A stretch of DNA of 64,000 nt from Octopus sinensis (GCF_006345805.1 NC_042997.1:62001-126000), one strand, 5' to 3'; positions 25,074 through 42,860 are shown, counted from the stretch's first letter. The notes: generated by a model not told the origin, from the letters alone. Translations and numbers: made by a program.

Positions 25074-25483
25074 GCGCAGGAGTGGCTGTGTGGTAAGTAG
25101 CTTGTTTACCAACCACATGGTTCCGTGTTCAGTCCCACTGCGTGGCACCTTGGGCAAGTGTCATCTACTATAGCCTCGGGCCGACCAAAGCCTTGTGAGT
25201 GGATTTGGTAGACGGAAACTGAAAGAAGCCCGTCATATATATGTATATGTATATATGTGTGTGTGTGTGTGTTTGTGTGTGTCTGTGTTTGTCCCCCTAG
25301 CAACGCTTGACAACCGATGCTGGTGTGTTTATGTCCCCGTCACTTAGCGGTTCGGCAAAAGAGACCGATAGAATAAGTACTGGGCTTACAAAAGAATAAG
25401 TCCCGGGGTCGAGTTGCTCGATTAAAGGCGGTGCCCCAGCATGGCCGCAGTCAATTGCCTGAAACAAGTAAAAGAGTAAAAGA
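25074..25483 (+). mobile_element. tRNA-derived SINE (family 1), intact
   Basis: A-box-like TGGCTGTGTGG (25083-25093), B-box-like GTTCAGTCCC (25127-25136), internal (TA)/(TG) tract, AAAAGAGT tail repeats and candidate 7-bp TSD GTAATAG (25067-25073, 25484-25490). Confidence 0.95.
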
Positions 25484-27704
25484 GTAATAGCGATAAAACT
25501 TGAGCTAAAGAGAGGAGTATGGTAATTTGGTCGATTCACCTCACTGAAAAACCCCAAGGACACCACTATAAATATCATTTGTCATCCACACTCATACCAT
25601 TGTATTTTCGATTCACATAGCGTTCATATGTGTAATTCCTGAATCATAATCGTAGCTTCCCGCGAAAATTCATAAATATCGGCTTTCGCTTGCTACGGCC
25701 AATCTCATTGAGAAATTTCCCTTGATAGTGATAACCTTAGAGTAAATTAACCTTTTTCTAAATTGTAGAACTACTTTAGATATGTTTTTAATTCCTGATG
25801 AAATCTCGTGGCTTTTGATCCGTCTACTTGCTTTGTTACCAACATTAAATCAAGTTTTTTCATGTAAATTTCACCAGCAGTTCTTTCCCAATGTATCTTC
25901 AATTATAAACTCTAAATCTCTTACCAATTATGTAACCGTCACAGTTAAGCTAAACAGCAGTCAAAGCATCGTTAATATAAATATCATAATTACTTTTAGG
26001 TTTTAGAAAATACTTATCGACATGCCATAAAACAATAGTCAATGCGTTTGTTTATCTTCCACTCGTACGAGGTCTCGGCTAGCACCAACGTTTTCTCTGT
26101 TAGCATTACACACATCGCCTCGACAAATGTAAACTCTATTCTTACTGAAACAACTTATGTTAATAGCATAAATACAATCCTGTATCATGATTCATATAGC
26201 CAAGATCACGAATTTTATATCTATCACGCGGCATGCATATGTTCGTGGAAATTGACGTGGAGAAATAAATCGATTGTCATGGTTACTCGACAACTGGCGG
26301 CCTTCAGTATTACCTAAATATATACACTTATAACATTGTGTTACCACTTCACATGAGAGAGTACTCTTAAATAATTCATACCTTAAATACTTGACTTTAA
26401 TTATAGCCAAACGTATTAAATATACAACATTGCATCTCAAATGTTTAGTTTCAATTCAAAATCCTGCTTTAATTGATCCTTGAATAGTTGTAAATCTTAT
26501 CTTAAGAACATGTGGCTTTTCCACAGTTACACGTTATGACAATAAGGACCACTTTTTGATACGCAAAATCTGCATTAACAGTATTCTTCCACTATTTCAT
26601 CTTTTGACTGGTTATCTATATATTCCAGTATATGTAGCATGGTTATATCGCTCCAAACCAAATGTTTTTGAACTTATTTTATTGAAGCCATAAGAAAGGG
26701 AGACTCACTGAGATTTGAACGCAGAACATGCAGAAAACTAATTGTTTTGCAAGATATTTCACACTCACCATTACAGAACTTTTGGCAGTCATCAATAAAA
26801 ACAGCTATTCATATATATTTTCATCCTTTTTAAACTTTCCTTCCTTCGTTGTTAGTGGTTATATATATTTAACATTCATTAAAACAAAATACTACCAACT
26901 TCTCTATTAACAACCTGTCAATTTCATCACTGCAATATTTTTTCTCTTCCCATCTTCATACCACATCTTTCTCTCATTTCCGTTTTTTTTTGTTCTTGTT
27001 CTTGATGTACATTTCTTTTTTGTCATTTATAGACACACTATACATTTTGGAATTTTTTCTTTTCTTTTTTTCCCCCGACAATAAGTATTCTCTACTTACA
27101 TTTCTTAAACACATTCTTCCTTCTATTTTGACTGGACGCTACCTCAATTTTTAGAAAGAAGAGAAAATAATTTCTTCCTGTGATACATTCTTCCGTACTT
27201 CATACGTTTACTATATATTTTTTTTACTTTCCGTTTTGTATTTCTACTTCCACCTGCCTACACTTAAAGCCTTATGAAAAATATCACAATTGTCTTTGAT
27301 TAACTCAGGCCTTGCAACTCAGTCAAGCAAGGAAATATATTGATATATTCTGTCCCTGCTACTTATTAAAGTTGGACTAAAATCATTGAGCAGGCCATAA
27401 AATACAATAAAACTTTCAAGTCGGAAAAGCTATTTTGGTTATCGAGATCAATACCTCAGCCTTTTCCAATCGCTATTTTTAAGCTACAACAATTTTGTCG
27501 AAAATTTCTCATAAAATATCTGTGATATATCCTAATAAATTCTCCAGTAGATGTATACTTTCAGAAAGACAAAAACAGCAAAAACTAAGAAAGAGAAATA
27601 GATTATAGATAAAATTTTATTTAACAGGGAGAAGTAGTCAAGCTGAAATAAACAGGCTGAGTGGTTCTGCTTTCAATTAGATATAGTTAAAATGCATGAT
27701 CATG

Positions 27705-27722
27705 TTAATAATAATAATAATA

Positions 27723-27766
<44 letters not shown>

Positions 27767-27775
27767 GTGATAATA
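27705..27775. repeat. (AAT)n microsatellite with no LINE insertion
   Basis: Direct reading. Confidence 0.95.
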
Positions 27776-28276
27776 ACTGTAGAAGTAGCAATAAACATAA
27801 TGATAATGATAACGACGATTATTATTAATAAGCAATTATTGTCGCTGATTGCATTGCATTCGAGATTTTATTCAATATAATTGATGGTGATAAACTTTTT
27901 AATCAATCTCTCGATTGATAAAATCCAGTTGGCATTCAATATCTATAACCAAATTATATTTATGCACATGTCTCTCTATTTTAGAATGTTTAAATGGATT
28001 TGTTTTCATCACATTGTAATATAAGGATAACCCATGCATGAGGCCGGTATATGAGTTGCCTTTCTTTGTGATAAGAACTGGATATGAGCGTACTGTTATA
28101 TAGAATACACACAACTTCAATACTTGTCTATAGCTAAGTATACAACTGTTATGTATTGGAAAGAGCAGTGACTAAAAACGAAGCGCAGAGCAAGTTCTTC
28201 GAGCGACAATGCACAACATTTTTCAAACTATACAATATCATTTCCTCTGCGAAAATACGAATGTTCTGCTGATGTA

Positions 28277-29543
28277 CGAGGGGTGTATGAAAAGTTTTGA
28301 ACCTAACCTAGAAACGGGGCTGCTAGGTAGCTGAAACCAGTTTTTCTGGTAAGTACAGTCTTTTGGAGTATTCTTGCTCATTTTCATGATTCTGATATTT
28401 TAATGTTTTTGTTGCAGATTTTTGAATAAACAAGTGTCGAGGTTACAAGGAAAATGGAGGAAACTGAGAATCGTGCTGTCATAAAGTACCTTCATTTGAA
28501 AGGCATGACTCCATCTGAAATCCATGAAGATATGGTGAGAACCTTAACAAACAATGCTCCTGCATATGCATCAGTCAAACACTGGGTAAATGAATTCCAG
28601 AGTGGCAGGGAGAGTATGGAAGATGATCCCAGACAGGGAGGCCTCCAACTGCAACCACCGAGGACAACATTGACCTTGGTCTTGGTATGATAATGCAAGA
28701 TCGTCGAATTTCACGTCGCCAGATAGCTGAGAGACTGAGCATCTCAAGCGAAAGAGCAGACAATATTGTGACGAAAGAGCTTGAGTTCTCAAAGGTTTCT
28801 GCAAGGTGGTTCTCTCACCTTTTGACTCCTGAACAGAAACGCACCAGGTTTACTTTGTCCACGAGAAACCTGGAACTGTTTGTAGCCGATGAAGAGAATT
28901 AGCTTGCTCGTTTAATTACTATGGACGAAAATTGGGTTCATCACTACCAGCCTGAAACCAAAGAACAATCAAAGCAGTGGAAACACACATCTTCTCCTAC
29001 CCCAAAGAAGGCCAGGTCATTCCTTCAGCTGGCAAGGTCATGGCGTCAGTTTTTTTGGATTCTCAAGATGTCTTGCTGATCGATTACTTTGAAAAGGGTC
29101 ACACCGTGACAGGACTGTATTATTCTCAGCTACTGTAATGCCCCCAGGAAGCAATCAAATGAAAAAAGGCCAGGAATGCTCATCAGAGGAGCCTTTTTCA
29201 TCACGACAATGCTCCAGCCCACACCTCAGTGGTTGCCATGGCAACAATTCGTGATTGTGGATACGGACTTGTTCCCCATCTGCCTTTTTCGCCAGACTTA
29301 GCCCCCTCTGACTTTCATCTATTCCCAAAAAGGAAAAGTGCCCTGGCAATGACGTCATAGACACTGTAGGAAGTTTCTTGGAGTCTCAAACAAAAGAGTT
29401 CCTCTACACCGGGATAATGGCACTTCAGCACCGCTGGAGAACGTGTTCAGCCATCAAGGAGGAATATGTTGAAAAATAAATTTTCAGAAGTCTTGTACTA
29501 TGTTTTGTTTTTTTGAGGCTCAAGACTTTTCAGACAACCCTCG
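28277..29543 (+). mobile_element. Full-length (1267 bp) mariner DNA transposon with TIRs and TA TSD
   Basis: Left TA|CGAGGGGTGTATGAAAAGTTTTGAACC; right GGCTCAAGACTTTTCAGACAACCCTCG|TA; TA at 28275-28276 and 29544-29545. Confidence 0.95.
28454..29479 (+). pseudogene. Mariner DDD transposase pseudogene (irritans-like by N-terminus, tentative)
   Basis: MEETENRAVIKYLHLKG..., SARWFSHLL (WVPHxL), ITMDENWV, HHDNAPAH, FSPDLAPSDFHLF and EEYVEK*. Frameshifts, in-frame stops and a small deletion near 29345. Confidence 0.93.
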
Positions 29544-29949
29544 TAAAGACTACATCAGATATTGGGCAGCTTGTAAAACATATTTATACATGACCTGTGT
29601 CATGGATTAACATGAAATGTTTTCACTGTACCGCAGTTACGTTCTTTTGACTATTCTTCATTATCTACCACAAATCATAAAGAACAATAGTTTTATAATA
29701 TTTGTAAAAATACTCACGATTTAGATTTTTAGATGCTGAAAACCTATTTACTAAACAGATACTAATTTATTATTCTTTCTTAATTTCATACTCTGTTTAT
29801 AGATAATGTAATCGTTACAAGATTGCATTGTGAAAGTTTTTTTATTAGTTTTTGTCTTTGAAAATACTAAAGACAATAAACACTCAAATTTTATTAAAAT
29901 TCTTCAACCTTCCTGTGAATGTCACTGATTCCTACAAAGAGGAAAATAA

Positions 29950-30460
29950 GTGATTCTCATGCATTTATTGTTTGCTGCTAAAACTTGATTATTATCTTCC
30001 CATGCTGATTCTTGTTTCACCGATGAACACATTTTAAAATGTTGCGTACATAATTAATGACCCTGTTATTATGATACCTTCTTGTGTGTATAAATATCTG
30101 CATATCTATTTATTACTCTTATCACTCTCGATATATGACTGTATTCTTCTTTCCATGTGATACATGCCAATGCAGTATCTTTTAAACGCGGAGTGATACT
30201 GTTTCATTACCGTTTGTTTGCTTGTGGCAGAGTTTCATTGCTATTTTCTTCTGGTAATATTTCATTACCAATGCTTGTGTCATCTTTTAAATTTGGCAAC
30301 TGCGTATAGCAACAAAGGCATCATTAATACAGCACAGCTATTGACTATAACGTAGCATTTGATGTTTTATGACTTACACATCAGATGTGTTGAAATTAAC
30401 GATGGCCAAACAAACATATTATTTGTTCCTTTTTGTATAATCAAATGCCCACGGGTAAAT
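29950..30460 (-). pseudogene. Possible very old Pif1-family (Helitron-type) helicase remnant
   Basis: Broken-frame matches in the expected order: LIIQKGT..M, NFNTSD, KF.DDTSIG, YA.IYTHK and FVGIS. Heavily decayed. Confidence 0.3.
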
Positions 30461-31933
30461 TTAATAGTGGTAATAACTGTATTCCATATTGACCGTCAAT
30501 AAATCACACGGATTATGGAACATTGCATTAGATGTTTTGCTAAAAAAAAATATTTTAGAAACCTTGTTGTTTGTACGTCTCCCTAGAGACACCAACGCTG
30601 TGGTTTAAAAGCTTTTAAGGTGATACTTGTTTCGGTTTTGAGTGATGAAGACACGTTGAGGTGTGAATTTGTCGAAAAATACGAACTAATTGGTTGTTTT
30701 AACATTTTCCGGGAATTATAGTTTGCTTTAGCAAAGTGTTTAATGCATAAATTCATGGTTTATATTAATTACTATTACGTCGTTCGCAATAGATAGCAGT
30801 AAATGAAATCCCACGATATTTATCGCAAAATTATATCTAGAACTCAACTACCTAATTGTCCTATAAGAGAAGAAACATTCATACATTCAGGTGGGAAAAA
30901 AAGTACTCTTAGGAGAATAGAATACTTGTAGTGATCCAAAGTACATTATAAACTAAGTGCTGAAATATATTTAAAATTAGTTTCTTTCAAAATTAAATGG
31001 GAATTACATTCACATGTCGTTTATATGAAGCAAAAATCGCATGGGCGGATATTGCAATAATTATTTTTGTCTATGATTATTTGATAATACTAAACGGTGA
31101 TTACCTAGTAACGAATCACGCATTGCAATGATTCAAATAAAGCGATGCACAAAATACGAAACAAAACACATACGCTCACGAATATATAAACACAGATATA
31201 CTTTCACACACATACACATGCACACACACACACACATATATATGTATATATGTATGTATACATATATATATATACATATATACATACATATATGTATATA
31301 TATATATATGCGTCTGTGTGTGCGTGTATGAGTAACTATCTGGCAACATCTCGGAAAATACTTATACTTCCCTTTTACAAACTACACAGTCCAAGTGAAA
31401 TTGAGAGGAAAACCAGAGAAAGGAACTTTTTAGATAAATTCCAACCTAAATAAACAATAATGATAATACTTAGAGGTACTATTTCTACTGCTACTACCAC
31501 TAACAACAACAACAACAATATTAAAGATTATCATGATGACGACAGCAGGAAAATACTAGGTAAGTAAAGGAGAAAAGTCAGTAAAACTTATTTAGGGTTT
31601 AAAGTTCTATTACCACAGCTACTCCTACTACCACCACCAACACCACCAAAAACAACAATAATAAAGATGATGGTAATGGTGATGATGATACCTGAAATGT
31701 AAAAATCACTGGGAATTGTTGTTTACAACATTACTAAAAATACCTAAACAATTTCTGCTTTGGCCAGGATCAAAATAGAGGTCCCTTGACATGTTCAACA
31801 AACTGTGAAGCCTACAGCAAACACCAATCAATTTAAGTAATTTAGAGAAGCCACACACTGATTGGTCAGAATCAAAGTTGGAATTCCTTTGATTAATATA
31901 TTTTTCTATACGCAATCATACATACCTATGTAT

Positions 31934-32017
<84 letters not shown>

Positions 32018-32147
32018 TATATACAAACTTACTATTAACAAAAGTCGGGATGCATTAAAAATGAATTAAATACTATAAAACGTACACGTAGGACAGACAC
32101 AGAAGGACCCTAATCAACACTCAATTATCGACAAAAATCCTAATACT

Positions 32148-32182
<35 letters not shown>

Positions 32183-32261
32183 GTGTGTGTATGTGTATAC
32201 ATGTATATGTGTGTGTATATGTATGTAAGTGTATGTATATCTATATTTATCAATTTATTTG

Positions 32262-32294
<33 letters not shown>

Positions 32295-34607
32295 CAGTTC
32301 TGAAATCAAAGATAATTAGATATTTTAAGCATCTCCTAAATAATTAATTAGTGAATATTGTATCCAGTGCGTTTCATGAAATATAGGATACTCGAGAATA
32401 TCTTTAAAATTAGTTACAAGTCAAATATTTTCTTTCCCTCTTTCAACAATATGCTAAATTTGTTTTTCATGCTTCTGAGAAACAATTTGTCACGAATACG
32501 TACCATCTTACGATACTATTATATGTAATAAAAAGGCATCCTACGCGTGAAAGAGTTATATGCTGCTTGGTTTTTTACTTGGTTTTTGTATATTCTAGAC
32601 ATAAGCACTTGAAATATAAGTCATAGCAATTGTGGAGACAGGTGAAAGTTTATATCACTAAAGCTGAATTATTATGCGGGCGTTAATGTGTATTTGCGGA
32701 GAACTCCATGCTGTAATGATCATTATATACTTGAAGCCATTAAGGGCGAACCCATATTTTTCTTAACTTGCGACCAGTTAATGAATGAGACGTAAAGGAT
32801 GCATTGAAAACTTCATTTGGTCGAGTATTCTTCAGATTAAAAGACGGTATTTAATCTCTTTGGTGGGAATCTATAAATAACGAATTACTGTGTTCGATAT
32901 GTCATAATGACATTATGATCTATCCTTCGTATGTTTTTGAGTATGTGTTGACAAACTAGTGTCACAACAATATTAAATGAAATATCTCATTCATTGGTTT
33001 ATATGATATACTTATTCCTTGGTTGTTATTGTCTGACACAAATGTTAGTAACCCGGACATTAGTTACAAATAACATGTCTATTTTCAAAGCTCAATGGTT
33101 CTGAGCAGTGTAAACATGAGTTTGATTTTCAAGAGCATTAGTTAATATATTTGACGATTGAAGACATTCGTAAACATATTTACAGCTCTTTTAAATGCGT
33201 TGTGCGAACAGTAGATATACATTTCTAAATACTTTCCTGCATAAAAAGTACTGTTTGATGACATTGCCTTTGAAATGCTCAATTATTTTTTAATATATGC
33301 ATGCACACATAGCATATACATACATCATACACATGAAATTTGATATTCATTCATTCGCGGTCGACAAAATGAAGTAGCAGTCTTGGGCAATGTTGGCTAT
33401 ATTGACAGATGTTTTGCGCTATTTGCTTTGGTTCTTTGCGTTATGAGTTCATGGGTGGCAGACATAATCTGTCGACCGATCTATCGCTATTTTGGCCTTA
33501 TGTGACTTTAGTGGAGTTCATTTGTTGCAAGTATTCGGGACATATCTTTGGCTTGAGAGAATAACTACTTCCCATTCCTCCTACTAATATTAGAAGGCCC
33601 TAAATACGAGCCTCAGGCGCTATCCTTTTGTGCTAAACTAAAAATTAAAAAACAACTAATGGAATTTACAAGATAATCTAATCTGTATTTCCCTTTGCTC
33701 GACATTGGCATAGAACTGTGTTGTTATCAAAGCAAGTTATGTGCACGAAATATGATTAAATGCAAACGATCAATGTCCAATAGAACATCATTCCTTGGTT
33801 TTACATATTCTTATTACTTGGAGAAGAAAACACAAAACACATTAACTATTGCGATACAAAAATAATTTTCTGGCGAAAATTCCATGTAATTATATGCCTC
33901 AAACACTTATTAAAAAGAAAAATTGGGTGACGATTAAAGATCTAGATGAATGCAGAAAACATTAAAACACTAGCACGAATATAATTTACGTTTGCAATAA
34001 AATATGTTTGAGTGCCTTAGAAAGTAAAGATTTGCAAACGAAAGAGTTTGAGGGCATTACGAAATAAAGTTACATTTGAATAGATTGGTTAAATGTTCTA
34101 GAGTTCGTTCAATAATGTGGCCAATACTGAATAATTAGTTGAGGTATCCGCAAAAAAAAAATTGTTAAAGGATCAGGTCTGTAAAGTAAGGAGGAGGTAA
34201 TGCCATTGTTCTTGGCTAAGTTCATCGATTAGTCCGGGTTGCGTACTGTATCGGAAGCAATCCTCTTGGACAGGATAAAGAAAATTTGTTGTGTGCAACA
34301 GCGATAGAAGCAAAATTTTATCCCTTTGTACATGCAGGTCTTAGACCAAATATTAGCATTAAAAACTGTACAAAACTTCAAACTGAGCTCTATTAACTCG
34401 GCTATAATTATATAATAAAAGCTATGCTGTGAATCGAAGAGATATTAGTAAGTTCAAGTTACACTAAAGAATTTTTTCTACAAAATTGCTGAGCTCTCAC
34501 CACAAGCTGCAATATGCTATTCATAGTATTTATTGCTACGGTTAGACAGTACAGAAAATACTGCCCTAATGATAGATTAAAGCTGTTTTAACCTAATCTG
34601 TAGTTGG

Positions 34608-34697
<90 letters not shown>

Positions 34698-34722
34698 ATT
34701 GTTGTTATTATTATTATTATTA

Positions 34723-34950
34723 CTTTTTTTTTCTTCTTTCAAATTTTGTTCCATTTCTTGCCGAGTGTCTTCCCGACTTCTAGGGCAAAGAAACTCATAG
34801 TGTATATTGGTAGGCCATTAAACCAAACTCAGTAGTTCGTTCATATTTTTTTTCTTTTTTAAAAAAGTTAAATTAAAATACATGAGCAGCAACAGTTCTC
34901 ACATCGACAATGCTCTTCTCAATACGTGTGATGTACCAGTTAAGACAATC

Positions 34951-34952
<2 letters not shown>
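34723..34952 (-). mobile_element. Dong/R4 LINE 3' end (family A), 5'-truncated, between (TAA)n tracts
   Basis: KIVLTG ORF end; the 3' UTR TTCCATTTCTTGCCGAGTGTCTTCC is shared with 45400-45660. Confidence 0.75.
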
Positions 34953-35000
<48 letters not shown>

Positions 35001-35001
<1 letters not shown>

Positions 35002-36474
35002 CTTCTTAATACAGTGTAAGTAAAAATGCACCCGAGTCTTTAGTCATCTGTCAAGTCACAAGGACCTCAGACAGATGATACTTTAAGTTGTGCGCTGTGC
35101 TCAATAAGACTGCGTTTTGCAAGACATCCATCTTGTATGGGATTTGCAGTTGCCTTAAGAAGTCTTGAAGTTTCAATGGGATTGAGCCCAACGCTCCGAT
35201 CACCATTGGAATCACTTTTGCATTACCCTCTCGCATGCCATACAGTCTTGCCATTCCCACTTTCAATTCGGAGTACTTGTTGATTTTTTTCAACCTCTTT
35301 ACTCACAGCATTCATGTCATTTTGTGTGGCTACATCAATGATCTGGCAGTATTTGTCTCTCTTATTCAATAAGTCAATATCCAGTCGACGGTGTCCGATT
35401 ACACTATCCGTATGAAAATCATAGTCCTAGAGTATCGTTACTTTCCCAACATCCTGCATAACTTTACTTGTCACATGCTCATACTTCATATTGGTATTTA
35501 CGGTATAAGGGCCCATGAAGATACACACATACTTTATCGTGGCGGCGCTTGTATTCTTTTTGTGCAAGGCTCTCACATCCACTTACCCAGTGGGTCTCAT
35601 TTTCCACACTCTTTCCATAGAGTCTGCATTTCTGGGTGTCAGAAGTTTTATAGATGTTATACTTCACTGAATTAGTAGCGAGAGCCTGGTCTTGTGCAGC
35701 AATGATCAGGCTTTGGTGGTATGCTTCAAATCATCTCGTTCAAGCCATACCCACGATGCTGTATTATCCTTAACGTCTTGTGTATTCCTTTCAAACTGTC
35801 CATGTATTCTCATATCAAGAAGGTCTTCTTTTCTCTTCTCATCTCGTTGGTTAAACTCTTCATTTCATCTGCATTTACACCCTCATACAATGTTCTATAA
35901 TAATTAATCCTTTGTCACCATTCTTTCTTTTCATATATAGTCTGTTTATGTTTGCTTTAGGGTGTAGCGCCCCATGCAGCAGCAGCTTTCTCGTCCTACT
36001 ATCCAGTGTTGATATTTTCTCCTTAGTCCATTTGAAGATAGACGCACTATATCTGACAACTGTTAACTGCCCAGATATTCATTGCGGTAATCAAATTTTT
36101 GGCATTCAGGTTGGATTTCAACACCATCTGCATCCTTTTTTTGATACGCCGCGCTGACCTTGACTTTCATTTCTCTGTGGAGAATGTTATCCAGCGCCAA
36201 AATCCCTAAATATCTATACTCACTACCGTCGGGTTCACCCATGGTCTTTCCTGATGGTAAACGCGTTCTTCTGTAGGCTGATTTCTTCCCTTTTTTCATA
36301 ATAAATACTGAGCATTTGGTAATCCAAAATTCCATACCGATGTTCTTACCACACTTCTGGACTTTTTTGGTTAAGGAATCTATCTGTTTTTTAGATTTCC
36401 CAAACAATTTCAGGTCATCCGTAAACAGAAGATCGTTCAATGATGATGGACTTTTCTTCCCACATCGGTAACCC
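35001..36474 (-). mobile_element. Dong/R4 LINE fragment (family B): RT end, CCHC, restriction-like endonuclease
   Basis: LLFTDDLKLFGK, CRLYGKSVENETHWVSGC...YKRRHDKV and VIPMVIGALGSIP. Confidence 0.9.
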
Positions 36475-36481
36475 ATTATTA

Positions 36482-36554
<73 letters not shown>

Positions 36555-36555
<1 letters not shown>

Positions 36556-37158
36556 TATGTTTGACTTTTGCTTTATGTCTGTACAAGTTGGCTCCAAGTC
36601 TCACCCAGAGACCTCAATAGACAACAGGTTGGAAGTTCTGTGCCATATATTTGGGGTTTTTTTTGGTGTTGTACTAGTGAGTGTCTAATACATCAGAATA
36701 AAAATAAAAAAAAAATAAATAAAAAAAAAGTTTGTTTTAAACCTTGGGATTACATAGAGAGTATTTTGCGTAGGATATGAGCAGTTCCCATGAGCACTAT
36801 CTTTTGAATTTCTACCATTTTGGGGTTTCCTGGTATCTGCCTTAGGTAGCAATTAGTCCCTTTCGCTATCATTCCCAGGGCACCTATGACAACAGGTATT
36901 GTTTTAGTCTTCAGCTTCCACATTTTGCTGATTTCTATTTCAAGATCTTTATATTTGCTCAGTTTTTGGTAGGTCTTGACAGATACGTTTATATCGATTG
37001 GGACAGTCATATCAATGAGGAGGCATGTTCTTTGTCTGAAGTCTTTCAATATGATGTCTGGCCTATTTGCATCTATCTTCCTGTCAGTTTGAATGGTGAA
37101 GTTCCAGAGGAGTGAGATGTGGTCATTTTCAAGCACAGGAGGTGGATTGTGTTCCCAC
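36555..37158 (-). mobile_element. Dong/R4 LINE 3' fragment (family C)
   Basis: ORF 36750-37136 with ANRPDIILKD...CLLIDM (PD..D RLE) and KLSKYKDLEIEI; (TAA)n on both sides. Confidence 0.93.
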
Positions 37159-37234
<76 letters not shown>

Positions 37235-37262
37235 GTTATTGTTGTTGTTGTTATTATTATTA

Positions 37263-37339
<77 letters not shown>

Positions 37340-37842
37340 ACTTGAAACAAGAAGATTTTAACGATGTCAGTTACAGCTATACATAGTATTAATATGCAAG
37401 TTATTTTCGTACTTATGCATTGGGTCTACTTGCCGTTTAATCGCCATCTTACAACCACGCATGAGGTTATTTTCATGTACAAATGGGCAGCTATAAACAG
37501 TACATTTCGTCACACTCAATAAACTAGCCTATGTCGAATTAAAACAATTTCAAGCACTTCGAAACTGGAATATTTTAACAATCAGCATGATAGTAATAGC
37601 AGACCTGGAACAGCGATTGTGTGAAACCTGAACATTGATTAAATGTAAGTTCTTTACTGCATATACTGAGTAATGTTTTCTCTCGTTTGTTCTTCCAAAT
37701 TCACATACATACACATCATTAACGAATACATATTCGTTCCTGTGTGAGTGTGGATGAATATGTACACACACAGAGAAACACACATATACACATATCTGTC
37801 ACATGCCTTTATTTAACTTATGTCTTTATTATATCTATATCC

Positions 37843-37907
<65 letters not shown>

Positions 37908-37923
37908 TATAGATATAGACATA

Positions 37924-37955
<32 letters not shown>

Positions 37956-38513
37956 GTGCGTGTGTACATAGGTATATACGTATGAACAATAATATTCAAA
38001 AGCAATGTTGTTGAACACCATTTGCAATCAACAGTCTCCAAATCTTATTTCATCGCAGACCAAAGAGAATAGGAAGAAAAATGATAAGCATGTATAAGAA
38101 ACAAATATCGGTATTATATGTTCCTACATTGTGATAAAGCGAACATTTTTTAAGAAGAAGAATAGTATCAATTACCATCATGGTGATATTGAATACGTTT
38201 TTATCTGAGTTTAGATACGTTAACGACTAAAGAAAGGTGATATATTTTCCCTGTTGTATGCTATATTACTTTTGTTGTTGTTCAAGTCGGCTATATCGCT
38301 AATTTTTTTCGTATTTTTCTTCTGAAAAAATTTCTTGTGATAAATGGATAGAGAATAATGAGATTTAGTAGAAATATAAGTGGTGGGATCCATGTTTACT
38401 ATGCTTTGTATAGAAATGCATTTCTTTCTACAGAAATTTCGCTACATTGAAAACGACTTAACCGAAGCAGTGACTGAGGCAGCCTCAAAATGTTTTGGTG
38501 TATTATTATTATT

Positions 38514-41095
<2,582 letters not shown>

Positions 41096-41262
41096 TCATT
41101 AAGGAACTTACAAGCAAATCTTCAGGATTGAGTAGAATATTTGCCCCACCCTTTCTTTTACAACAAAACAGAACATGTACATGTTAACACCTTCAGTCAA
41201 TTGATATCAGAAGCCATTACAGCCACTGTCTGATATGTATGACCATTATTATTATTATTATT

Positions 41263-41563
41263 CAGTAGTTTTATTTTTATAGCGTGCTTTTACTTCACTA
41301 CTGAGCGCAGCTCTGTGTGCCTTAGGTATGTGGTGTGATTTGTTGTGATGCTCTGATGGTTATTGTATGGAAAGTGTTCTGCGTAGGATGTGTGCAGTAC
41401 CTAGTAGTGCATTTTTCTGTATGTTATATGTGTTTGTAAGTCCTGGTGTTTTTGTTATGTATTTGTCTGAATATTTTTTTATCCTGCCTAATGCACCTAC
41501 TATGATAGGAATTGTTTCTGTTTTTAGATTCCACATTCTGGTTACCTCTATTTCCAGGTCTTT

Positions 41564-41565
<2 letters not shown>
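41263..41565 (-). mobile_element. Dong/R4 LINE 3' end (family E)
   Basis: MWNLKTETIPIIVGALG end; the 3' UTR is shared with 43336, 44123 and 58125-58478. Confidence 0.88.
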
Positions 41566-41613
<48 letters not shown>

Positions 41614-41664
41614 GTCATTATCATCATCATCATCATCATCATAATCATCATCATTATTATTATT

Positions 41665-42860
41665 GCCTTTGCACAGCTTCTATCGCTGGGGATGTACTAC
41701 GGTGCCAGCTATTCACTACTAGTGAACTAAAGTAACACCTCTTATTTTTCGAGCACCTTCCAGAGTATTCGAGCAGTTCCAAGCAGTGTTGTTTTCTGCA
41801 AGTGATCCACCCTTACTGCAGCACCGATTTGTTCCACGTACTTCTCGAAATTTTTGCTCACTGTTTCCAGGGCTCCGACAATTATCGGTGCAACTGCTAC
41901 CTTTTACATCGACCACAACTGCTTAACTTCCCAAGCTAACCTGTCATATCTTTCGATTTTTCTTTCTTCCTTATCGCATACCTTGTTGTCAGCTGGGCAT
42001 GCTATCTCTATGATCTATCATAGTTTGTTTTCTTTCTCAATTAACACTATGTCTGGCTTCCTATTCTCTATCGCACTGAATCATAAAATCCTATAGGATC
42101 TTTGCATTTTTATTTTCGACGATGCCTTCAGCTTTGTGGTCGTACCAATGTTTTGCTCTGTCATGCCCATACTTGTTGCAAAGTGTCCAATTGACAAGCC
42201 TGGCTATATCACTGTGGCGTCTCTTGTATTCTTTCTGGGTTAGTGGCGTACATTGACTGGTAATATGCCATACGGTTTCATAATTTTGTCCACAGAATCT
42301 GCACTTATCACTTTCTGATGTGTTGTCTATTCTGTATTTGATGTAATTCGTTCTTAGTGCTTGCTCTTCGGCAGCACAAATTAGAGCCTCGGTTTCCGGT
42401 TTTAAATCACTTATAGTCATTCACAGCCATCTTTTTTCTCTGTCTCATCTTCAACGTCCCTATGAAATTGTCCAAGCATTCTTTTCTTAACCCACCTGTT
42501 TTCAGATTCCTTCATTCTCAAGTGCTTGTACAGTACTTTATCTTTGCAATCTTCCAACCTACACAAGCCTGACCTTCTTACTTCTAATATTAACTTTCAA
42601 TTCCGTCTTCCACTTCGCCATATTTTTTCCAAGCAATCGCTCAACATTTGAGGCAATACCAAATAGCTTCATACATTCCATAATCCAAGAATGTGAGATT
42701 ATATCTTACGATTATCGATCCCTGACATGGCTAAGTTAGATTTCCTCCTCTTGCAGTCACTAAGTACAGTTTTGTTTACCAGGAGTGGATCCTTGGCGCA
42801 TCTGCACTTATGCTTGCAAGCCTTCTGCTCATGTGCGAGGATTCCATTTTTTCTAGATGT
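41665..42860 (-). mobile_element. Dong/R4 LINE fragment (family F), internally deleted
   Basis: KDPLLVNKTVLSDCKRRKSNL, then a jump to LKPETEALICAAEEQALRTNY...CRFCGQNYETVWHITSQC, then the RLE. Confidence 0.88.

Noticed and set aside
31540-31710. Splice donor (+) and acceptor (-) look-alikes
   Set aside because: The flanking frames are trinucleotide low-complexity sequence with stops.
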